Shown here piece by piece: positions 57,739-64,000 of a DNA stretch of 64,000 nucleotides. Both the position numbers and the translations under genes were made by a program. The DNA is from an uncultured candidate division Zixibacteria bacterium (GTDB taxonomy: Bacteria; Zixibacteria; MSB-5A5; GN15; FEB-12). The notes under the pieces were generated by a model, which ran no database searches, was not told where the DNA came from, and saw nothing but the letters and a program-made list of their open reading frames with translations. The stretch covers positions 640,001-704,000 of the forward strand of contig CAVTJJ010000004.1 of the NCBI GenBank assembly GCA_963735035.1, written 5' to 3'. Numbering within the stretch: position 1 is the stretch's first letter; each line of letters opens with the position of its first letter.

Positions 57739-57928
57739 GTCGGCTGGCGCACCATTTATGGTGGGTTGTAACAGTCGTTGACGAAATCTGGACGCAGCGT
57801 TATAGTTCTTTCATGCAGGATAAGTGTGCGGGACGTTTCGCCACAATCTCATCCCAACGCAAGCGTTGGGGCACCCGGCGCCACAATCTCATCCCAACGT
57901 CCGTTGCGGGCGGTTTGGGGCACCCGGC
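57739..57928. mobile_element. 141-bp double-hairpin element, copy 3, with a duplicated right end
   Basis: GTCGGCTGGCGCACCATTTATGGTGGG ... CCCAACGCAAGCGTTGGGGCACCCGGC (to 57879), then a second GCCACAATCTCATCCCAAC...TGGGGCACCCGGC (to 57928). Confidence 0.8.
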
Positions 57929-57951
57929 ATTGGATTGTTTGTACACAGGGT

Positions 57952-58082
57952 CTACTGAGTCGTCTGGTGCTGCCTCTGCTTGTCTTGTCTGCCAGTTTCT
58001 TGTATCTGTTTGGTTGCGCGCAGGACGATTCTCAGCGGAAGAGAGTGTATGATGATCTTTCGCACAAAGCCATGGTTCTACC
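57952..58082 (+). pseudogene. N-terminal fragment of a lipoprotein gene truncated by element copy 4
   Basis: LLSRLVLPLLVLSASFLYLFGC-AQDD: hydrophobic stretch and LFGC lipobox; frame runs into the element; no clear ATG. Confidence 0.4.
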
Positions 58083-58223
58083 GCCGGGTGGCCCACCATT
58101 TATGGTGGGATGTATCAGTCGTTGACGAAATCTGGACGTTGCCTTATAATTCTCTCATGCAGGATAAGTGTGCGGGACCTTTCGCCACAATCTCATCCCA
58201 ACGCAAGCGTTGGGGCACCCGGC
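58083..58223. mobile_element. 141-bp double-hairpin element, copy 4
   Basis: GCCGGGTGGCCCACCATTTATGGTGGG ... CCCAACGCAAGCGTTGGGGCACCCGGC; interior similar to copy 3. Confidence 0.85.
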
Positions 58224-58335
58224 CGTAGATTTCTATCGGAAATTAGGATACATGCAGGGTGAAAATAAGGAAATTGAAGTGGGAGATATGCAGATAACCG
58301 TGGTTCAAATGGAGAAGTCTCTGCCGGTGGTATGA
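58222..58335 (+). pseudogene. C-terminal fragment of a GNAT acetyltransferase
   Basis: AVDFYRKLGYMQGENKEIEVGDMQITVVQMEKSLPVV* carries the GNAT A..FY.KLG[YF]...M.K.L motif and starts exactly at the element edge. Confidence 0.6.
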
Positions 58336-58406
58336 GTCGAAACTCTGTGACGGATTTGATTCAAGTCAACAGGAAGACCGGCAGGCGGCGACAGGTTGTT
58401 GGCTTC

Positions 58407-58760
58407 TCACGATTCCTCTTCAGATTCCAAATGGAAGCGGTGCAGGAACCGATGGAACACCGGCGCTATCAACAGCCCAAAGATGCCGAGGAAGATCACA
58501 CCGCTGAATAAGGCGTAGAGACCGGCGAAGAATTTGGCGGCTGAGTTAGTCAGCAAATCCACCGGTCCCATACCGCCGACGATCATGGACGCGTTTAGAA
58601 AAGCATCCATCCACGCCAATCCAGCTAGCCAATGATACCCGCACATCCCCAGCAATAGCCAAATCCCCAATGAAAGGAGCGCCAAGATGGCTGAGTAGGC
58701 CAAGCGCCGGAGAAAGTCTCGGCGGGAAATAAGCGGTTGTCGACGGTGCTCAAATTTCAA
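58407..58760 (-). CDS. small 2-TM membrane protein with pore-loop-like segment (Ion_trans_2-like)
   Basis: GMCGYHWLAGLAWMDAFLNASMIVGGMGPV...AKFFAGLYALFSG; no TxGYG filter. Confidence 0.7.
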   Translation of the reverse strand: MKFEHRRQPLISRRDFLRRLAYSAILALLSLGIWLLLGMCGYHWLAGLAWMDAFLNASMIVGGMGPVDLLTNSAAKFFAGLYALFSGVIFLGIFGLLIAPVFHRFLHRFHLESEEES

Positions 58761-58956
58761 GAGACGGCTCGTTCCTGTTAGTGACTCAAACGCGTGTGCT
58801 TCGGAGACAAGATGCAGAATCGTTCTGATTGCCTACAACAAAGAAATAGAGCTAGCTCAAGAGCCGGACTGCCCCGATCAACTCTTCCAAGAGCGTCCCC
58901 TCGAAAGGCGTTAACTATTAGCAGCACAACTTCTTACGGAGCCGGCCATGGCCATC

Positions 58957-58984
58957 TCAAGGCGGCCCGGCTATCTGTCGATTA
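58957..58984 (+). promoter_or_regulatory. possible sigma28 promoter for the CZB gene
   Basis: TCAA-N16-GTCGATTA, same spacing as the fliA promoter. Confidence 0.4.
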
Positions 58985-59081
58985 ATAGGGTTACAGTTCA
59001 AGCGTGATTCAAGTGAGTACACCTAACCAATGCTGAGAAGTGGAGCCGTGTGCTCGCCAGCCCCAAACAGGAGAGAGTAGC

Positions 59082-59465
59082 ATGAACCAAGTCAAGGAAA
59101 TCGACGACGCCATCGCAGCCCACGGTTTGTGGAAGACCCGTCTAAAGAATGCGATCGCTACCGGCAAGACCGAAATTCCGCTGCCTACTATCCGCAGCAA
59201 CGATCAGTGTGCCTTCGGCAAATGGCTGCATGGCCAGACCCTTTCGGCCGGAGACAAAGCCTCCGCGCACTACAAGACGGTCGTGAATCTGCACAGCAAG
59301 TTTCATCAGGCTGCGGCAGGAATTGCCGAGTTGGCCGTAGCCGGCAAGAAAGCCGACGCCGAAAAGCATCTTAGCTCCGAGGGAGAGTTCGCGAAGGTTT
59401 CGGGCGAACTGACCATGGCCATGTTGGCGTGGAAGAAGAGCCAGACGCCGGTCCCGGCGCGCTAG
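59082..59465 (+). CDS. stand-alone CZB (chemoreceptor zinc-binding) domain protein
   Basis: AHGLWK, CAFGKWL, LHSKFH (3 His, 1 Cys); AGGAG RBS. Confidence 0.9.
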   Translation: MNQVKEIDDAIAAHGLWKTRLKNAIATGKTEIPLPTIRSNDQCAFGKWLHGQTLSAGDKASAHYKTVVNLHSKFHQAAAGIAELAVAGKKADAEKHLSSEGEFAKVSGELTMAMLAWKKSQTPVPAR

Positions 59466-59507
59466 TCATTGAGTAACTAGGAAACATACTTTGCCAATTT
59501 GCTTCGC

Positions 59508-59546
59508 AGGAAGCCGGCGCCCTCAGGCGACCGGCTTCTTGTTTCT
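59508..59546 (+). terminator. intrinsic terminator after the CZB gene
   Basis: AGGAAGCCGG-CGCC ctca GGCG-a-CCGGCTTCTT followed by gtttct. Confidence 0.7.
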
Positions 59547-59721
59547 CTGCTGAACTTGTCTCGTCCCGCCTGCTCCTCTGATTTAGTATTGTGTACTTTG
59601 CCGTTTCCGCGCATCATGGGATAATGAGCCCATTATAAAAAATGGGCCTCATGGTCGAAACTATCTGACGGATGGACTGTTATCTATTAGTCCGTCTTCA
59701 TTGTTTATAGAGGTCGTAGTT

Positions 59722-60771
59722 ATGAAGGCACGATCCAAGACTGTGTTTGTCCTGATTGCGGTAGTTCTTGTCGGTGTCGCGGCCTGGCGATTATATCAGC
59801 TTGATGCCCCTGCTTCCGCAAAGAACCAGCCGCCTACACTGGTCAAGGTCGAAGCGCCGAAACGCGCGGCGGTGACTCCAAGTCTGCGCCTCACGGGTGA
59901 TGTTCAGCCTATTCAACAGACTCAGATATTCGCGCGGGTCTACGGGAATTTGCAGAGCCTTGAGGCAAACATTGGGGACCACGTCCGCGCCGGCCAGGTT
60001 CTCGCCCGGGTTGATACGATTGAACTGGCGCAGCAGTATCGTCAGGCCTCGGCAACCTACGAGAATGCGGCGATGATTTTGGAGCGGGCCAAGGCGCTTC
60101 AAAGTGACACCTTAATTTCCAAACAGGGGTTTGATAGCGTGGCCACCAGCACGGAGATCGCCCGGGAAAACAAAGAGGCTGCCAAGACACGATTGGATTA
60201 CGCGCAGATTACGGCTCCATTCTCCGGGGTGATCACCCGACGTTACCTGGATGCAGGCGCCCTGCTGACTTCTACAAATGCGAATCTGTTCTTGTTGATG
60301 GACCTTGATACGATGAAGATCATCGTGAATGTCCTCGAGAAGGATATCCCGTCGATAAAAGTCGGCGCCCAAGCGGTCATTACGGTCGAGGCCTATCCCG
60401 GCCGGGAATTTGGGGGTTCAGTGGCCAGGTTGAGCCAGGCATTGGATCTGGATACGCGCACGATGCCGGTTGAGATCGATGTTCGCAATCCCGACTACGA
60501 CCTCAAACCGGGGATGTTCGCAAGCATCTCGGTGTTGACCGGGGAGCCGGTCAATGCGCTGACTATTCCGACTCAGGCTCTGCTCAAGGATGCAAAGGGT
60601 TACTTTGTACTGGTAGCGGACAAGGACCAGGCGCGGCGAGTCGATGTAACCATCGGAGTAGAACAGCAATCGCGATCCGAGGTCCTTACCGGTCTCACCG
60701 ATACAGACAAGGTGATCACCACGGGCCAGCAGTTTGCCAGAGACGGCGGAAGGATAACAGTTCAACCTTAG
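59722..60771 (+). CDS. RND efflux periplasmic adaptor (MFP)
   Basis: N-terminal TM; GDHVRAGQVLA..D, ITAPFSGVI, LKPGMF. Confidence 0.93.
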   Translation: MKARSKTVFVLIAVVLVGVAAWRLYQLDAPASAKNQPPTLVKVEAPKRAAVTPSLRLTGDVQPIQQTQIFARVYGNLQSLEANIGDHVRAGQVLARVDTIELAQQYRQASATYENAAMILERAKALQSDTLISKQGFDSVATSTEIARENKEAAKTRLDYAQITAPFSGVITRRYLDAGALLTSTNANLFLLMDLDTMKIIVNVLEKDIPSIKVGAQAVITVEAYPGREFGGSVARLSQALDLDTRTMPVEIDVRNPDYDLKPGMFASISVLTGEPVNALTIPTQALLKDAKGYFVLVADKDQARRVDVTIGVEQQSRSEVLTGLTDTDKVITTGQQFARDGGRITVQP

Positions 60772-60783
60772 GCGGATGCTCAT

Positions 60784-63700
60784 ATGTGGCTCACCCGACT
60801 GGCATTACGCTACCCAATTTCGACTTTCCTGTTTGCTGTCACAATCCTGGTGCTAGGATTTGTGTCGCTGACACAACTGCCCATTGATCTTCTGCCCAAC
60901 ATTACCATTCCTGTCGTAAGCACGGTCACTTTTTATACCGGCGCCGGTCCATTGGATATGGAACAATCGGTGACCGTTTTCACCGAGCGAGCGGTAAGTT
61001 CGGTAAATGACGTCAGCTACGTCCAATCATCGACCCGTGAAGGCATTTCTCAGGTTCGCATCAATTTCAATTGGAACGCCAATCTGGACGTGGGTCTGGT
61101 CGATGTCGTACAGCGCGTCAACCGAATCGTAAATCAGCTTCCGACCGGGGTATCGCAGCCGGTAGTGGCCCGGTTTGACATTACCAGCCTGCCGGTGTGT
61201 AACGTAGCAGTATCCGGGGATATGGATGAACGGGATCTGTACGATCTGGCTCTGAACACGATCGAGCCGCAAATCGAACACTTGTCCGGAGTCGCCTCGG
61301 CGGGGGTTTCGGGCGGGCGCATCAGGGAAATTCATGTTACGCTCGACCGCGATCGCATCCAGGCGCTACGGCTTCCGGTGCAGTCGGTCTTGACCGCCGT
61401 TGCGAACTCAAACCTGATCATTCCGTCCGGTGACCTGAAGACGGGACCTTTCGACTACTCTCTCAAGACCGAGAGCCGTTTCAACGTTGTGAAGCCGCTG
61501 GAAGACGTAATTATCAAGATGGTGGGAGGCGTACCTGTTCACATCCGCGACGTCGGCAAAGTCGAAGACAGCTATCAGGAACAGACCGAGATCGTGCGGG
61601 TCAACGGCAAGCCGGGTGTCATCCTGAGCGTGCAGAAGCTGGCCAATGCCAACACCATTCAGGTTGTGGACAATGTTCTTCGATCACTGCCGAAACTAGT
61701 TGGAGTACCCGAAGGCGTGACCATGTCATTGTCGTTCGATCAGTCTCTGTACATAAAGGATACGATTTCCGGGTTGCAGAGCGAAGCACTCATTGGGGCG
61801 CTGCTGGCCATGCTCATAATCATGGCGTTCCTGCGGAACCTGCGCGGGACGCTTATCATAATTGTGGCGATTCCCATGTCGATTCTCATCGCGCTAATCT
61901 GGTTCCGATTCGGGAACGTTACCTTGAATATTATGACGTTTGGTGGGCTTGCGCTCGCGGTAGGAAGGTTGGTGGATGATTCCATTGTCGAATTGGAGGC
62001 CATTTCTCGGCACTACAACGAGCGCAAGGAGGGACTAAGCAAGCTTCAGGCTACTCTGGACGCCGCCAAAGAAGTTGCGTCGCCGATATTCATTTCGACG
62101 CTCAGCACGGTCATCGTATTTCTGCCGATAGTGTTTGTCTCTGGCATAGCAAAGCTCCTGTTCGTTCCCCTGGCTGTTACTATTACGGTGGCTTTGTTTG
62201 GATCGTTCTTTGTCTCCCGGACGATCACCCCCTTGATGTGTCTGAATCTTCTTCCGCCTGAAAGGATACCGGAACCCGGCTCTGTTCGGCTAGTGGACCG
62301 TTTTCAGATTGCCGCGCGCAAATGGATTGAAGCGCTCGATGACTGGTACGCCAAACGCCTGCGCTGGGGACTGAACCATCGCAGGTTGATTATCTTTGGC
62401 ATTGTCGGTGTGGCGGCCTTGTCGCTGGTGCTTGTCAAGTTCATCGGTACAGAGTTCTTCCCGGAGCAGGATGAGGGCCAGTTCACGGTCACTATAAAGC
62501 TTCCGGTGGGCACTCGCACTGAGGGTACGGAAGCCTTTGTGCGTCAGGCCGAACAGATCCTGCGGGACAATATACCGGAAATGCAGGCGATGATAAGTGA
62601 CGCGGGGACACCGTCAGCTCGAAACGGAGCTTTTGGCGCCGGGCGCGGGAACACCGGCAGTCATTCGGCCAATATTCGAGTGGCGTTGGTATCTACGGAC
62701 AAACGCAAACGGTCGGTATTTGAGATCGTGAAGGACATCCGCCCGAAGCTGACGGCGCTACCGGGTGCCATGGTGTATATCTCCTCAGGCGGCTTTCTGA
62801 AGTTCCTCCTTAATTTCGGTTCATCGGCTCCGATTGATGTCGAGGTGCGAGGGTTCGATCTTGACACTGGGACCGCCCTGGCGAAAAGAGTCGCAGCCAT
62901 TGTGCGGTCAGTCAACGGAGCGACGGATGTGCAGATCACACGCGAAGACAACCTCCCGGAACTTCGCGTCCAAATTGACCGGGAGAGAGCCGGTGTACTG
63001 GGTATAAGCGTGGCCGACATCGCCAATACGATCAACACGATGATCGATGGCACAGTGGCGTCGTTGTACACCGATCCGCAAACCGGTAATCAATACAATA
63101 TACTGGTTCGCCTGAGCGAAGATTATCGTTCTCATATTGAGGATCTTCAGAACATCGTCCTGACAACACCAGGGGGGCACGAGGTTCTCCTGGGAAGCGT
63201 GGCCAGGATAACCAAAACAGCATCGCCGGTGCAGATCGATCGCAAGTATCAGCAGCGTCTGGTCGAAGTCACCGGCAACGTCAGCGGGCGCGATCTAGGG
63301 AGCGTGGCGAAAGATATTCAGTCGCAGCTCGATACTCTTACCGTTCCGCCAGGTTTTGAAGTCAGGCAAACCGGCAACGTGGAACAGCAGCAGCAGACCT
63401 TCAAAGTCCTTTTGCTCGCGCTTCTCCTGGCGGTTCTGCTGGTGTATGTCGTGATGGCCTCGCAATTCCAGTCGTTGTTGGATCCTCTGGTCATCATGTT
63501 CACGGTTCCTCTGGGATTGGTGGGAGTGTTGTGGATACTGTTTCTCACCAACACGACTCTGTCGGTGACGTCATTCCAGGGAATAATAATTATGATCGGA
63601 ATCGTGGTTTCCAACGGCGTGCTGCTCGTCGATTACACCAGCCACCTTCGCATGAAAGGTATGCCCCTGCATGAGGCGGTGGTGACCGGCGGCAAAACCC

Positions 63701-63930
63701 GTCTGAAGCCCATAATTATGACGACTCTGGCCACGGTACTGGGGCTCATACCCATGGCGCTGGGTCTCGGCGGAGAATCGACTCAGGCCCCGCTGGCTCT
63801 TGCGGTTATTGGAGGGCTTACCGTTTCCACAGTCTTGACGCTGTTCTTCATTCCGGTGTTGTATACCGTCATTGAGGATCGATTCAGACGCAAACTAGAT
63901 GTCCCTGCAGAACTAGCTGATCGGTCATAG
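60784..63930 (+). CDS. RND efflux permease (AcrB/SwrC-like)
   Basis: 1048 aa; LPIDLLP, GRLVDDSIV, SNGVLLVD, RLKPIIMTTLATVLGLIP. Confidence 0.96.
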   Translation: MWLTRLALRYPISTFLFAVTILVLGFVSLTQLPIDLLPNITIPVVSTVTFYTGAGPLDMEQSVTVFTERAVSSVNDVSYVQSSTREGISQVRINFNWNANLDVGLVDVVQRVNRIVNQLPTGVSQPVVARFDITSLPVCNVAVSGDMDERDLYDLALNTIEPQIEHLSGVASAGVSGGRIREIHVTLDRDRIQALRLPVQSVLTAVANSNLIIPSGDLKTGPFDYSLKTESRFNVVKPLEDVIIKMVGGVPVHIRDVGKVEDSYQEQTEIVRVNGKPGVILSVQKLANANTIQVVDNVLRSLPKLVGVPEGVTMSLSFDQSLYIKDTISGLQSEALIGALLAMLIIMAFLRNLRGTLIIIVAIPMSILIALIWFRFGNVTLNIMTFGGLALAVGRLVDDSIVELEAISRHYNERKEGLSKLQATLDAAKEVASPIFISTLSTVIVFLPIVFVSGIAKLLFVPLAVTITVALFGSFFVSRTITPLMCLNLLPPERIPEPGSVRLVDRFQIAARKWIEALDDWYAKRLRWGLNHRRLIIFGIVGVAALSLVLVKFIGTEFFPEQDEGQFTVTIKLPVGTRTEGTEAFVRQAEQILRDNIPEMQAMISDAGTPSARNGAFGAGRGNTGSHSANIRVALVSTDKRKRSVFEIVKDIRPKLTALPGAMVYISSGGFLKFLLNFGSSAPIDVEVRGFDLDTGTALAKRVAAIVRSVNGATDVQITREDNLPELRVQIDRERAGVLGISVADIANTINTMIDGTVASLYTDPQTGNQYNILVRLSEDYRSHIEDLQNIVLTTPGGHEVLLGSVARITKTASPVQIDRKYQQRLVEVTGNVSGRDLGSVAKDIQSQLDTLTVPPGFEVRQTGNVEQQQQTFKVLLLALLLAVLLVYVVMASQFQSLLDPLVIMFTVPLGLVGVLWILFLTNTTLSVTSFQGIIIMIGIVVSNGVLLVDYTSHLRMKGMPLHEAVVTGGKTRLKPIIMTTLATVLGLIPMALGLGGESTQAPLALAVIGGLTVSTVLTLFFIPVLYTVIEDRFRRKLDVPAELADRS

Positions 63931-64000
63931 CGAGTAATAGACCACCGGAAGCAAGGACTCTGAGCGTTGCCGCGACTGTTTGACACCGATATTGAACATG

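Noticed and set aside
55996..58335. Integron cassette array or prophage/ICE at tRNA-Ser
   Set aside because: No integrase, no attC core sites and no duplication of the tRNA 3' end were found in the window.

Overview
A GC-rich bacterial chromosomal segment with almost all genes on the + strand. Diderm envelope genes, a T9SS-like C-terminal domain and a Bacillota/spirochaete-style flagellar gene order suggest an FCB-related lineage such as Zixibacteria; this taxonomy is inference only. In order, the window holds: (1) the 3' end of mreB and an ECF sigma/anti-sigma/2x Spy-CpxP operon; (2) a three-unit composite palindromic repeat; (3) rnr, a sigma54 activator and a barrel / lamin-tail-CTD / PorV-like trio, the last gene frameshifted; (4) dgt, a CPBP protease, a degenerate RNase H-like gene, holA and a second ECF/anti-sigma/PspC-LiaF module; (5) cmk-plsC-rpsA-dusB-mtaB; (6) two minus-strand genes, an SF1 helicase and a GT39; (7) a ~25 kb flagellar cluster from a MotE/FlbB-like gene and fliK through fliA, lacking motAB, with sigma54 and sigma28 promoters, followed by three PilZ genes, a GAF-HisKA protein without a kinase domain, an MCP-tip-like mini protein, two receivers and fapA; (8) tRNA-Ser(GCT) followed by four ~141-bp double-hairpin elements alternating with small foreign-looking genes and gene fragments; (9) a CZB protein and an RND efflux pair. 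The most unusual signals are the hairpin-element/cargo array behind tRNA-Ser, the variety of REP-like palindromes with no transposase in view, a shared enhancer motif at both flagellar sigma54 promoters, and the non-canonical signalling tail of the flagellar cluster. All product calls come from motif recognition; no database search was run.
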